From assembly GCA_031425635.1 (NCBI GenBank), contig JANPJT010000221.1:559-64558 (forward strand): a stretch of DNA of 64,000 bases. The letters run 5' to 3'. A program made the position numbers and the translations under genes. This DNA comes from Pseudomonadota bacterium (GTDB taxonomy: Bacteria; Bdellovibrionota; FAC87; UBA2466). Below the pieces are notes generated by a model. The model was not told the origin of the DNA. It saw nothing but the letters and a program-made list of their open reading frames with translations, and did no database searches. Positions 28,430 through 38,649 of this stretch are shown here, one piece after another (positions within the stretch are counted from its first letter, which is position 1; each line of letters opens with the position of its first letter).

Positions 28430-29035
28430 ATGAGATTAAACGCGTTGTGCCTTTGGCTATTCGTGGGGTATGTGGGAGCCGCGATGGCGATTGAAGAACC
28501 AAAATATACCGTCGAGTCAAAGACCGACGGATACGAAATCCGCCTCCTTTCAGCAGTGGTGGTGGCAGAAACGTTAGTGGCTGCGAGTTTTGGAGACTCA
28601 GGGAACAAAGCATTTCGAATCCTCGCAGACTATATTTTTGGAAACAACGAGTCTCGAACAAAAATGGAAATGACTGCGCCGGTCTCTCAAGTGAAGTCCG
28701 AGAAAATCGCAATGACGGCCCCGGTCACCTTGAGCAAAGCGGGTTCGGAGTACCGGGTTCAGTTCACTTTGCCCGAACAGTACACCGTAGCCTCCGCGCC
28801 TAAACCGAAAGACAGCCGAGTGACCATTCGGGAAATCCCAGCTCGGCGCATTGCGGTTCGCACCTATTCCGGCTCGTGGTCGGAGGAAAAATTTGATCGG
28901 AACCTTCTGGAGCTTCGTGGCCAGCTTGCCAAGAACGGTTTGGAAACGGTCGGCGAGCCTGTTTTTGCGCGTTACAACTCTCCCTTGCGGCTGTGGTTTT
29001 TGCGGCGCAATGAAATTTGGCTGCAACTAAAATAA
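28430..29035 (+). CDS. SOUL/HBP heme-binding family protein (secreted)
   Basis: Signal peptide. 'YEIRLLSAVVVAETLV...NKAFRILADYIFGNN' and C-terminal 'GEPVFARYNSP' fit SOUL-family conservation. Confidence 0.7.
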   Translation: MRLNALCLWLFVGYVGAAMAIEEPKYTVESKTDGYEIRLLSAVVVAETLVAASFGDSGNKAFRILADYIFGNNESRTKMEMTAPVSQVKSEKIAMTAPVTLSKAGSEYRVQFTLPEQYTVASAPKPKDSRVTIREIPARRIAVRTYSGSWSEEKFDRNLLELRGQLAKNGLETVGEPVFARYNSPLRLWFLRRNEIWLQLK

Positions 29036-30027
29036 GGCCTACTTCTGTGAAAACTCTCCAAATAGGGCTGATAGTCCTGCTTTCTTGTTGGACTTTGAGA
29101 CCAGCCTGCGCAGAGCTGAGGTATTGGAACCTGGATGGCGAAGAAAGGGTGATCCCCAAAGACCTTTCGGTGCGCGAACTTTTGAAAACCGTCGAAGCTT
29201 TGAAACGCGGTTTACAGCGCGGGATTCGAAACCGGAAGAATCCGGGCGTAGAGTGGAGTGAGGGCAGCGCCCTCTTTCGGGATTTTTTTGGGGAAACCAA
29301 GTTGGCGATTGATGCAAGCCTTGCCGGAGGGAGGCTCTCCGGGGTCGACTCGGGGACTACTCTCTTTAGCGTTCAGCGGGATTTATCCTCTGTTGAAGAC
29401 TCCATTGGCCTGCTGAGGGCAGAACTGGTTTTTTTGGAACGGTACACGGACATCTTGCCCAGCGAAAGCCACGATGGCCGCTTAACGAACCGTGAAGAAA
29501 TAGAGATCCTTCAAAAAAGGATCGAGCGAGCTGAGGAAAAACTGGAAGCCCTCTACGATTTAGCGAATACGCTGGCGGAATTTCCGGCAGACTTGAAGCG
29601 CTACAACGAAAGGCTTTTGGAAACCCTCGCTAGAAACCTCGGAACCGATGCGGAATGGCAAGTGTCGGCGCAAGCCGAGAAAGCGATAGAAAAGTGTTTT
29701 CAAAACGACCCCGCGGTGGCCGCGGCTTTTCAGAAAGCGATGGTCATCGGCGAGAGTACGACGCTTTTTGCCTCGAGCGAAATAGCGCTCAAGCTTTTTT
29801 TGTTAGCTGGAGATGCTGCGGGTAAACACTTGGGGCCTATTGAAAGAATCCGGGCGTCGCCGGGCGCCGGATGGTCTGCCGCATCTCGGCCGCTTCTTGC
29901 AAAGCTCGAGCGGGAATACGGCGTTAAGAATACCGGGGGCGTCTTGCTTTCGGACCCACAGAAACCAGACTGCGGCAGTCTGTTCGACCGGCTTTTTCGG
30001 TCGAAACAATCCCCTGAGCTCAACTAG
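29017..30027 (+). CDS. Hypothetical secreted coiled-coil protein
   Basis: Signal-peptide-like N-terminus ('LLSCWTLRPACA'). Helical/charged remainder. No family recognised. Confidence 0.4.
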   Translation: MAATKIRPTSVKTLQIGLIVLLSCWTLRPACAELRYWNLDGEERVIPKDLSVRELLKTVEALKRGLQRGIRNRKNPGVEWSEGSALFRDFFGETKLAIDASLAGGRLSGVDSGTTLFSVQRDLSSVEDSIGLLRAELVFLERYTDILPSESHDGRLTNREEIEILQKRIERAEEKLEALYDLANTLAEFPADLKRYNERLLETLARNLGTDAEWQVSAQAEKAIEKCFQNDPAVAAAFQKAMVIGESTTLFASSEIALKLFLLAGDAAGKHLGPIERIRASPGAGWSAASRPLLAKLEREYGVKNTGGVLLSDPQKPDCGSLFDRLFRSKQSPELN

Positions 30028-30058
30028 TTCGCCCCTTGGTTCAAAAGCCCAGACGATT

Positions 30059-31894
30059 TCAATCGTCTTCGTTGTCTTTCGGCGAGCGGATGATGGTCCG
30101 TTTGTTCTGGTCCAGAACGCGCTTTCTCATGCGCAGGAACTTGGGAGTGACTTCCAAAAGCTCGTCTTCGCCCATCCACGCAATGCACCATTCCAACGTG
30201 AGCGGAGGAACGGGGGTCAAAATGATGTTCTCATCGCTTCCCGCTGCTCGGATGTTCGTGAGCTTTTTCTCACGGCAGACGTTGATATTGATGTCGTTGT
30301 TCCGGTTGTGTTCCCCAACGATCATGCCTTCGTAAACTTCCGTGCCTTCTTTCACTAAGTGGCGGCCACGGTCTTGAAGGTTGAAGAGCGCGTAGGGGGT
30401 CGTTTTGCCCGCTCGGTCGGCGACCATCGCGCCGTTGACACGGTCCAGAATGTGCCCTTTGAAAGGCACGTAACGAACCAAGTAGCTGCTCATCAGGCCC
30501 GAGCCGCGCGTGTCGTTCAAGAATTCGGTTCGAAACCCAATGAGGCCTCGCGACGGGATATCAAACTCAAGGCGTACTCGGTTCGCTCCCATCTTCTGCA
30601 GGTTCGTCATTTCACCTTTTCGAACGCCTAACTTTTCGGTGATGACTCCGACATTCCCTTCGGGGATATCCATCACAACGTGCTCGAGAGGTTCTTCGGT
30701 GACACCGTTGTTTTGTTTCAGAATGACTTTAGGGCGCCCCAGCGAAAATTCGAGCCCTTCGCGGCGCATTTGTTCTGCGAGCACTGCAAACTGCAACTCG
30801 CCTCGGCCTTTGATAATGACTGTGTCAGGCGCCTCGCCTTTGACCCACTGAAGAGAAACGTTTGTGCGCAGCTCTTTTTGGATGCGGTCGAGCAGGGTGC
30901 GGGAAGTGACGGGTTTGCCGTCTTTGCCAGCAAGCGGCGACGTGCTAACGCAAAACTCGATAGAAATGGTGGGCTCTTCCACCGTGATTCGTGGCAGCGG
31001 GTTGATTGCAGCAGGGTCACACAGAGTGTCCCCAATCGTCATTTCTTCCATACCCGCGACAATCGCAATTTCACCGGCGGACGCTGATTCTACGGGCACC
31101 ATCGCAAGCCCTTGGTAGCCGTACAGTGCCGAAACTTTGCCTTCGGGGAAGGTACCGTCGGCTCGGCACACTTTGAACTTGTCCCCCACTTTGAGGCCAC
31201 CGGACAGAATGCGTCCCACGCCTAAGCGGCCGACGTATTCGCTGTAACTCGTGTTAGCGAGAAGCATGCGAAGCCCGCCCGGCTCTACGACTGGCCCAGG
31301 GATGGTTTCCAAAATAGTCTTAAAGAGTAAGCGCAAGTCACCGCCTTCTTGGCTCGCGTCGGGTGTAGGCACGGCAATGCGTTTTCGGGCATTGGTGTAA
31401 ACGATCGGGAAGTCAATTTGGTGATCTTTGACGTCCAACTCCATGAAGAGGTTGTAAATTTCATCGACTACTTCCGAGCACCGGGCATCAGGTCGGTCGA
31501 TTTTATTGACGACTAAGATGATCTTAAGGTCGCGCTCCAGCGCATGCTTTAAAACGAACCGCGTTTGGGGCAGCGGGCCCTCTGCGGCATCGACTAAAAG
31601 GAGGGCTCCATCGACCATTTGGAGACCGCGTTCCACTTCGCCGCCAAAGTCGGCGTGGCCCGGGGTGTCCACGATATTGACCCGGACACCTTCGTAGAAA
31701 ATGGAGGCATTCTTTGCCGTTAGCGTAATCCCGCGTTCGCGTTCGATATCCAGGTTGTCCATCGCGCGTTCGGCAATGTTTTGGTTGTCTCGGAAAAGGC
31801 CGGACTGCCAGAGAAGGCCATCTACCAGCGTGGTTTTGCCATGATCCACGTGCGCGATGATGGCAATGTTACGGACTTTCGGGTTTCTTTCCAT
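30059..31894 (-). CDS. typA: Translational GTPase TypA/BipA
   Basis: G1 '[10 protein letters not shown]', G3 '[14 protein letters not shown]', G4 'NKIDR'. 611 aa with EF-G-like domain order. Confidence 0.92.
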   Translation of the reverse strand: MERNPKVRNIAIIAHVDHGKTTLVDGLLWQSGLFRDNQNIAERAMDNLDIERERGITLTAKNASIFYEGVRVNIVDTPGHADFGGEVERGLQMVDGALLLVDAAEGPLPQTRFVLKHALERDLKIILVVNKIDRPDARCSEVVDEIYNLFMELDVKDHQIDFPIVYTNARKRIAVPTPDASQEGGDLRLLFKTILETIPGPVVEPGGLRMLLANTSYSEYVGRLGVGRILSGGLKVGDKFKVCRADGTFPEGKVSALYGYQGLAMVPVESASAGEIAIVAGMEEMTIGDTLCDPAAINPLPRITVEEPTISIEFCVSTSPLAGKDGKPVTSRTLLDRIQKELRTNVSLQWVKGEAPDTVIIKGRGELQFAVLAEQMRREGLEFSLGRPKVILKQNNGVTEEPLEHVVMDIPEGNVGVITEKLGVRKGEMTNLQKMGANRVRLEFDIPSRGLIGFRTEFLNDTRGSGLMSSYLVRYVPFKGHILDRVNGAMVADRAGKTTPYALFNLQDRGRHLVKEGTEVYEGMIVGEHNRNNDININVCREKKLTNIRAAGSDENIILTPVPPLTLEWCIAWMGEDELLEVTPKFLRMRKRVLDQNKRTIIRSPKDNEDD

Positions 31895-31948
31895 TCTCTA
31901 ACGTTCTCCTGGCCGCAGCTGACCTCAATATGCTAATCACGTGCGGGA

Positions 31949-32617
31949 ATGCGAATAGCTACACCAAAAACCCCCGAGCAAGCAAGCTGCCCGAGCTGTT
32001 GGAAAGCGGAATCTCTCTGTATTTGCGAGAACCTCCGCCAAATCCCGTCAAAACTGAAGGTTCTCGTGCTCCAACACCCGCGGGAATCCAAAAACCCCAA
32101 GACTTCGGCCCGCATTTTATCTCTGTCTTTAGGCGATTCCGCAGTGCACCGGGTCGGCCTATCTTGGCGGTCGTTGAACCACGCTTTAGGGGTTGGCCGT
32201 TCCGAAGCCCCCCACGACTGGGCAGTTTTGTATTTAGGCACCCAGAAAGACTCGGCGCCTATTTCCCCTCCCACTGGTCCTTTCGAAATCCGCGACCGGA
32301 AGGGGAAGTTCGTCCCTTTGCGTAAGCTCAAAGGGATTGTGCTTTTGGACGGTAACTGGAAGCAGTCCAAGACTTTGTGGTGGAGAAATGCGTGGCTCCT
32401 CAAGCTAAACCGCGTGCTTTTAAACCCCACCACCAATTCCCGCTTTGGGACGTTGCGTAAACAGCCCCGGGAACGCTGCCTTTCTACTCTGGAGGCGGGC
32501 GCAGAAAGCCTGCTCGCCATGGGGGAAACCGCAGCTTCGGAGAACCTCATTGTGCAGTTTGAGAGTTTTTTGGGGAAGCTTCGCCGGCCCGGACAAACCG
32601 CCGTACAGACGCCTTAG
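31949..32617 (+). CDS. DTW-domain protein (tRNA-uridine aminocarboxypropyltransferase-like)
   Basis: 'CPSCWKAESLCICE' cysteine cluster and the 'DGNWKQSKTLWW' DTW motif. Confidence 0.7.
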   Translation: MRIATPKTPEQASCPSCWKAESLCICENLRQIPSKLKVLVLQHPRESKNPKTSARILSLSLGDSAVHRVGLSWRSLNHALGVGRSEAPHDWAVLYLGTQKDSAPISPPTGPFEIRDRKGKFVPLRKLKGIVLLDGNWKQSKTLWWRNAWLLKLNRVLLNPTTNSRFGTLRKQPRERCLSTLEAGAESLLAMGETAASENLIVQFESFLGKLRRPGQTAVQTP

Positions 32618-32664
32618 TAGCTGTTATTTCTAAGCGATCGGTTGCTTTATTCCGATATTAAGAC

Positions 32665-35334
32665 GTGAGGTTCAATCCATACCGCCGGACTTTTTTAAGT
32701 TTCGCTCTGTCGATTCCGTTCCTCACGACTTGCAGTTCGGGCCTTTGCCCCAGCCAACGTGCTTGCCTTCCCGCGCTGGTTCTTTCGACTGGGTCGTCGG
32801 ACTTTGGGTCGAGGGCTGCGCTTAGCACAACCGTCCAAACCCTTACGGTGCAAAATTCCGGCAGAGGGGCTGCCCGAGGGCTAACGGGGACTCTAACAAG
32901 CGGTTTTTCGTTTACCGGGGGAACCTATCCTGGGACTGGGGGCACTTGTTCCTCCCGCTTGAACCTTGGCGGCACGTGTAGCCTTAGCATTACCTTTACC
33001 GCACCTGGGGTTCTTGCGAGTTTTCCGGGAGCGCTCACGCTCTCGTACGCTGGGGGTAGCAGCACTTTGCCCTTGGTTGGCGCTACCAATGAAAACGGCT
33101 CATTCCGCAAAGGCATTTTTGTCTCGGACGCCGTTTTTTCGCTCACCCCTGGGCCGACGGCCACTTATGCCTCGGGTTTGTTTAGCGCTGTCGGGGCCAC
33201 GGGGGCCACTTTACTGGCGAGGGTTCAATCCAATTTCTCTCTGGATTCCGTCTTTGACACAGTCAATAGCTCTTACAACGCGGTTTTTGATACCGCTCTG
33301 GCCTTGGATGCAAGTGGGGATCTTTATTCCGCGGGTTCCTTTGACACTTACAAAAGCAACTCCAACGTGGGTTTGGTCCGGATCAACTCCGATGGATCCT
33401 ACGACGCGGGTTTTCCCGTCGGTTCCCCTGGGTTTAATTCTGCTGTCTATACCGTTGCGGTTGCGACCGACGGGAGCAATGACGTCTATGCGGGCGGCAA
33501 CTTTACTTTTTACCAGGGGGTCAACCGCAATTTTCTGGTTCGCTTGAATTCCAACGCGACTGTTGACGGGGGTTTTGCGGTGGGGACGAATCTGGGAGGA
33601 GCGGTAACCTCTCTTGCCGTCGCGCTCGATGGTTCCAACGACGTGTACATTGGTGGCCAGTTTACGAATTATGGCGCGACTCCGCTTTCAAGGATTGCGC
33701 GCTTAAACTCCAACGGGACGATAGACGCAGGCTTTAATATCGGTGCCGGTTTTGATGCGGAAGTGGTGAAAGTTCTTCCGGCAACAGATGGGAGTTTCGA
33801 TCTGTACGTGGGGGGAAGCTTTACGACCTACGCGGCGGTAAGCTCGAATGGGATAGTCCGTTTAAATAGCGATGGCTCAATCGACGCAGGTTTTGCGGTG
33901 GGAACGGGTTTTACCGGGGGAGAGGTCCGAGGGATGGCACTTGACCCTGCGGGCTCCGGCGACCTTTACGTCGTCGGAGACTTTACTTCGTACCAAGGCA
34001 ACAGCGCCAACCGCATCGTTCGACTGAACTCAGATGGAAGCCGTGACCTTGGTTTTGACATCGGGGAGGGGTTGAACGCCGCCGCATGGGACGTCGCTTT
34101 CGAGCCCGATGGATCCGGAGACATTTTGGTGGGCGGGTACTTTACCAGCTACAAAGGCGCTTCAAACGCTTACTTAACTCGCATCAACCCCCTGGGAACG
34201 GTTCCATCGACCATCGTGGCCCAAAGCGGGCTCAATGGGCCCTCGTACGGAGCAGCTGCTCTGCGCGACGGGACCGGTGATATCATCGTGGGTGGAACGT
34301 TTACGGGGTTTGACGGGGCGACAGCGAACGGGATTGTTCGGATCAAACCGGATTACACGAGAGACACTACTTTTCAAAGTGGTTCTGCGTTCGACTCGGG
34401 TGTGCTGGGTGTGTTTGTACCGCCCGTTCGAAACGATGTGTACTACACTGCGGGGGGCTCCTTGAACTACAATGGAACCTCCATCAGCAAGCTGACACGC
34501 CATTTCGCCAACGGGCAGTTAGACCCGTCGCTGAATACCGGTACAGGCTTTGCCGGTGCAACAGGTTCCGTCTTCTGGTGTGCTTTTCCTACGGATGGAT
34601 CGGAAGATGTGTATGTTGCCGGGGATTTTACGTCCTATCAAGGCGTGTCGGCAAATTACCTGATGCGGATCAACTACGATGGATCGCGCGACACAGGATT
34701 CGCCGTCGGCGTCGGTTTCAATGACTACTTAGAGTCGGTGCAAGTCTTGCTCGACGGATCAGGCAAAGTCTATGCGGCTGGGAAATTCACTTTGTACCAG
34801 GGCGCCCCGGCCAATCGAATCGTGCGCTTGAACTCGGACGGTTCAGTGGACGCAAGCTTTGTAGTCGGCGCCGGCTTTGATGATGAAGTGTGGGCAGTGG
34901 CTGAGGCGCAGGATGGTTCGGGCGATATTTATGTAGGCGGCAATTTCAATACTTATCAAGGAACGTCGACTCCGAGGGTGGTGCGGCTCAATGCCGATGG
35001 GAGCCGTGATGCTGCTTTCAATGTGGGGACCGGAGCGAATGACCTTGTTCGTACTCTTTATGTTCCTTCCGATGGTTCAAACTCCGTCTTCTTGGGCGGG
35101 GACTTCTTTTTATACAACGGGTCGTTTTTCAACAAAGTGGTGAAGGTGGGCTCCACGGGGGCTGCAGACGTCTCCTTTGCCACTGGTTTGGGTTTTTACG
35201 GTCGTATCGACAATATTTTCCCGGCGCAAGATGGAACCACCGATTTGTATTTCACGGGCGAGTTCGACTCTTATAACGGGCAAGCCCAGGGGCGAGTGGC
35301 GCGGCTAAAAGCCGACGGAACACTCGACTGGTAG
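32665..35334 (+). CDS. Secreted delta-60-repeat protein (~14 repeats)
   Basis: Signal peptide, then about 14 repeats of 55-60 aa of the form 'DxYVGGxFTxYxGxxxxRIVRLNSDGSxDxxFxxGxGF', which is the delta-60 repeat signature. 889 aa. Confidence 0.75.
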   Translation: MRFNPYRRTFLSFALSIPFLTTCSSGLCPSQRACLPALVLSTGSSDFGSRAALSTTVQTLTVQNSGRGAARGLTGTLTSGFSFTGGTYPGTGGTCSSRLNLGGTCSLSITFTAPGVLASFPGALTLSYAGGSSTLPLVGATNENGSFRKGIFVSDAVFSLTPGPTATYASGLFSAVGATGATLLARVQSNFSLDSVFDTVNSSYNAVFDTALALDASGDLYSAGSFDTYKSNSNVGLVRINSDGSYDAGFPVGSPGFNSAVYTVAVATDGSNDVYAGGNFTFYQGVNRNFLVRLNSNATVDGGFAVGTNLGGAVTSLAVALDGSNDVYIGGQFTNYGATPLSRIARLNSNGTIDAGFNIGAGFDAEVVKVLPATDGSFDLYVGGSFTTYAAVSSNGIVRLNSDGSIDAGFAVGTGFTGGEVRGMALDPAGSGDLYVVGDFTSYQGNSANRIVRLNSDGSRDLGFDIGEGLNAAAWDVAFEPDGSGDILVGGYFTSYKGASNAYLTRINPLGTVPSTIVAQSGLNGPSYGAAALRDGTGDIIVGGTFTGFDGATANGIVRIKPDYTRDTTFQSGSAFDSGVLGVFVPPVRNDVYYTAGGSLNYNGTSISKLTRHFANGQLDPSLNTGTGFAGATGSVFWCAFPTDGSEDVYVAGDFTSYQGVSANYLMRINYDGSRDTGFAVGVGFNDYLESVQVLLDGSGKVYAAGKFTLYQGAPANRIVRLNSDGSVDASFVVGAGFDDEVWAVAEAQDGSGDIYVGGNFNTYQGTSTPRVVRLNADGSRDAAFNVGTGANDLVRTLYVPSDGSNSVFLGGDFFLYNGSFFNKVVKVGSTGAADVSFATGLGFYGRIDNIFPAQDGTTDLYFTGEFDSYNGQAQGRVARLKADGTLDW

Positions 35335-35415
35335 CGCGAATCAGAGGTCCAAAAAGCGGTTAAGCGATTGTTTTAATTTGCTTTATCAGCCTGGTTGGAG
35401 CCGATTGGGAAGCCT

Positions 35416-35577
35416 GTGTACAGTCTGTCCACACGTTAGTCATTCTAAGCTGTCAGCACCATTTGAGAATCCCATCTACTGACTCGTTATTTCAGGAAAT
35501 CGCGGCTCAATATTCCTTCGTAGACGGAGTCCCCTCTGCCCCCGGCCTCGTTTAGGTTGATTTGGTAGGGAAGGGAG
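35416..35577 (+). repeat. Conserved intergenic element, copy 1 (promoter/5'-UTR-like repeat), between convergent genes
   Basis: The 37-nt core GTGTACAGTCTGTCCACACGTTAGTCATTCTAAGCTG is identical to 38650-38686. Homology continues patchily (…TTTGAGAATCCCA…CTGACTC…GGTAGGGAAGGGAG). Confidence 0.7.
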
Positions 35578-35586
35578 TTCTTTATT

Positions 35587-37716
35587 CTAAGGCTTGATTG
35601 AAAGCCCGCCACTAGTTGCAGCAAAGACCTGGGAGCCGATGGCTAAGATGCCATTGACTTGATTGTTTCCCAAGCCGTCGGCGGTGGTTCGGTTGCTAAA
35701 AGTTGCTCCCCCGTCGGTCGAAGTCGAAACCCCGCCCCAAGTAGCGACAAAAACCTGAGAGCCTGTGCCGTAAACGGCAACGGTGACATCACTGCCCAAC
35801 CCGTTGGCGGTGGTTCGGTTGGCGAAGCTCGTTCCGCCGTCGCTGGAAATAGAAAGCCCGCCAGGCGTCGCAGCAAAAATCTGGGAGCCGTTCGTGTAAA
35901 CTCCGTAAACAAAATTAGCTCCCAACCCGCTGGCCGTGGTTCGGAAGACGAAGTTTGCACCCCCGTCGTTCGAAATAGCTAACCCGCCACCACTGGTGCC
36001 CGCCAAAACCTGGGAGCCGGAAGCGTACACGCAGCGGATGTCATCGACTCCCAGGCCGTTGGCGGTGGTTCGATTAACGAAGCTTGCTCCGCTGTCTGCC
36101 GAAATAGAAAGCCCACCCGTGGTTGCAGCAAAAATCTGGGAGCCAGTAGCGTAGACGCGCCAAACCTGATTGTTTCCCAGCCCGTTGGCGGTGGTTCGGG
36201 TAGTGAAGCTTGCTCCGCCGTCGGTGGAAATTGAAAGCCCGCCTGCATTCGTCGCAGCAAAAACCTGCGAGGCGGTAGCGTAGACCCCGAGTAAATTGTT
36301 ATCTCCCAGCCCGTTTGCGGTCGTTCGGTTAGCGAAGCTTGCTCCCCCGTCAGTCGAAATAGAAAGCCCACCCGTGGTTGCAGCAAAAATCTGGGAACTG
36401 GTGGCGTAAACATCCTGGACTGTAGAGCTTCCCAAACCTTTGGTGGATATTCGGCTGCTAAAGGTTGCTCCTTCGTCGTTCGAAATAGAAAGCCCGCCGC
36501 CACTGGTGCCAGCAAATACCTGGGAGCCTGTGACGTAAACGGCCGTGGTGAAAGTACTCCCCAACCCATTCGCGGTGGTTCGATTGACGAAGCTCGCTCC
36601 GGCATCGCTGGAAATAGAAAGCCCGCCAGACGTCGCAGCAAAAATCTGGGAGCCAGTAGCGTAGACTCGGCGGACGGAATTGTTTCCCAACCCGTTTGCG
36701 GTGGTTCGGTTGCTGAAGTTTGCTCCCCCATCGGTCGAAATAGAAAGCCCACCAAGCGTCCCAGCAAATACCTGGGAGGCAGTAACGTAGACGCCCAGAA
36801 CGAAGTTATTCCCCAACCCATTCGCGGTGGTTCGGTTGACGAAGCTCGCTCCGCCATCGCTGGAAATAGAAAGTCCGCCCGCAGTCGCAGCAAAAACCTG
36901 GGAGTTGGTGGCGTAAACTTTGTAAACGCTACCACTTCCCAACCCGTCCAAGAAGGTTCGGCTAACGAAGCTTACTCCGCCGTCGGTCGAAATAGAAAGC
37001 CCGCCACCATTGGTAGCAGCAAAAATCTGGGAGCCGCTAGCGTAGACATCATTGACCCAATTATTCCCCAACCCGTTGGCGGTGGTTCGGTTGCTGAAGC
37101 TTGCTCCCCCGTCCGTCGAAATCGAAAGCCCGCCCTCGGTCGCAGCGTAAACCTGGGAGCCGTTAGCGTAGACGCCCCAGACGCGGTTAGCTCCCAACCC
37201 ATTGCTGGTGGTTCGAGGGGCGAAAGTAGCGCCAACGTCCCGGCTAATGGCAAGGCCATTGTTGGTGGCAAAGTAAAGCGCGGTATCACTTGCAAAAACC
37301 GCGTTTACAGACGTGTCAGGAAACTCCACATAGTCGACGCTGCTTTGAGGAAATGAGAGAAACTCAAGAGCAGTCGGTGCATTGCTCCCTTGCTGCGAGA
37401 CTGCGCTTTCTTGCCCTAGAATGACCGAAGTCACTTTGTAGTAGTACGCAATGCCGTTGGTCAGCCCTGAATGGGTGTAAGGAGAAGTGACTTTGGTGAG
37501 CTTGTCGCTGGTCTTCGATACACCGGGACTCGTGCTCCAGTAAATATTGTAGGAAGTGGCACGCGCTACAGAAGGCCAAACAAGAATATTCGCTGAGTTT
37601 CTCTGGGCCACCGAAAGATAAGAAGGCACGTTCGGCGCACAAACTTCATTGCCCACACAAAGCCCCACTCCGCAACCGCTGATAAGCACTAAAGCGAGGG
37701 CACCTAAAATACGCAT
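35587..37716 (-). CDS. Lipoprotein with N-terminal FN3-like domain and ~14 Asp-box (BNR) repeats (beta-propeller)
   Basis: Lipobox 'LISGCG'. 42-44-aa repeats 'GGLSISTDGGASFSNRTTANGLGNNxVxxVYATGSQIFAAT' contain Asp-box S-x-D-x-G-x-S/T-F. The DNA-level periodicity produces many spurious overlapping ORFs on both strands. Confidence 0.7.
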   Translation of the reverse strand: MRILGALALVLISGCGVGLCVGNEVCAPNVPSYLSVAQRNSANILVWPSVARATSYNIYWSTSPGVSKTSDKLTKVTSPYTHSGLTNGIAYYYKVTSVILGQESAVSQQGSNAPTALEFLSFPQSSVDYVEFPDTSVNAVFASDTALYFATNNGLAISRDVGATFAPRTTSNGLGANRVWGVYANGSQVYAATEGGLSISTDGGASFSNRTTANGLGNNWVNDVYASGSQIFAATNGGGLSISTDGGVSFVSRTFLDGLGSGSVYKVYATNSQVFAATAGGLSISSDGGASFVNRTTANGLGNNFVLGVYVTASQVFAGTLGGLSISTDGGANFSNRTTANGLGNNSVRRVYATGSQIFAATSGGLSISSDAGASFVNRTTANGLGSTFTTAVYVTGSQVFAGTSGGGLSISNDEGATFSSRISTKGLGSSTVQDVYATSSQIFAATTGGLSISTDGGASFANRTTANGLGDNNLLGVYATASQVFAATNAGGLSISTDGGASFTTRTTANGLGNNQVWRVYATGSQIFAATTGGLSISADSGASFVNRTTANGLGVDDIRCVYASGSQVLAGTSGGGLAISNDGGANFVFRTTASGLGANFVYGVYTNGSQIFAATPGGLSISSDGGTSFANRTTANGLGSDVTVAVYGTGSQVFVATWGGVSTSTDGGATFSNRTTADGLGNNQVNGILAIGSQVFAATSGGLSIKP

Positions 37717-38302
37717 TGGTTTTGCTCAAATAGGAAAAGTGTGGCCGCCCTCAAATGATAGCAGTAACCTTCCGGAGATTCCATCTATAGCCCCGTAAGA
37801 GCCTTAAACAAATGAGAATTTAGCTCCCCAGAGGAACCCGCAAAAATCAATGGCCTTCACTCTCTCTCAGGTAGTCCACACAGTACGATCGCAGCTGCAT
37901 AGCGGCCTGCCCGGAAGGGTATACAGCGGGCTATCTAGGGGTCTCTCCCGTTAACACTGGTGGTCGGGGTTGCAGATTAGGAGTCCGCTAACCATGCACC
38001 GGCTTTGGAGTGGTTGGTGGGGGTCATTTTAGAAAACACGCACGCGGGTTTTGCCTTCGACTGGTTGGGGGGCGCTTGTACCGCCGAATAAGTGGGTGGT
38101 TTCTAGCTGCCCTCAGCCAGCGGTAACGGTTTTTAAGAAGCCCCTCACCAACCACCCCAAAGCCTCGACCGCTCCATTCGCAATATGCCGGGCCCAACAC
38201 TAGCCGATCCCTTTGCGGAGTTTTTGAGGTTCTTGCTTTAGGCCAAGGACTCGCCGCTGCTGCTTTTTTTGCGCCGTAAAAAGTTTGTGAATTTTTCGGT
38301 AG

Positions 38303-38457
38303 AGGCTTTGAGCTCCCACTCGTTTCCTCTGAAGCCGTTACCGCCGGCGAGCGGCATATAGGAATCGATAACGTATCGGCGGTACGAGCGCCTCCCCACG
38401 AGTAAAAAGCAAAGCCCGTTGGCGTGTTTCTGAGGAAACGAGTGGGAGCTCAAAGCC
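38303..38457. repeat. Perfect 26-bp inverted repeat (GGCTTTGAGCTCCCACTCGTTTCCTC / revcomp) with a 103-bp spacer that carries a nested inverted repeat
   Basis: 38303-38328 is the exact reverse complement of 38432-38457. The spacer holds GTTACCGCCG…CGGCGGTAC. Lies in an ORF-free region. Confidence 0.8.
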
Positions 38458-38649
38458 GGTGGCAGGACTCAGTCGCATGGATGCGAGGACAACCTCCCAC
38501 TTTTAGGAGAAGGAGCGACGGAATTGGTAACAACCCCCTCTAGAAGGTTCCGGCCAATACAAAGCGTGGGTTTAGTCGAAGGTCTACGGGGTAGGTAACT
38601 TCCTGATTTTCAATGTTTTTACCCTTCTTTGAGATCCATTGAGCGGAGC

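Noticed and set aside
35587-37300. Numerous overlapping 70-320-aa ORFs on both strands inside the BNR-repeat gene, and similar ones in the delta-60 gene
   Set aside because: They are artefacts of strong nucleotide periodicity in the repeat-encoding DNA. The long minus-strand ORF with lipobox and Asp-box repeats is the real gene.
37717-38649. RNase P RNA, tmRNA or SRP RNA in the ORF-free region
   Set aside because: Looked for GGAAAGTCCGG / ACAGAACCCGGCTTA (RNase P), GGATTCGACGGG plus a tRNA-like 3' end (tmRNA) and GGTCCGGAAGGAAGCAGC (SRP). Only loose partial matches such as CCTTCGACTGG and CCCGGAAGGG. No class is claimed.
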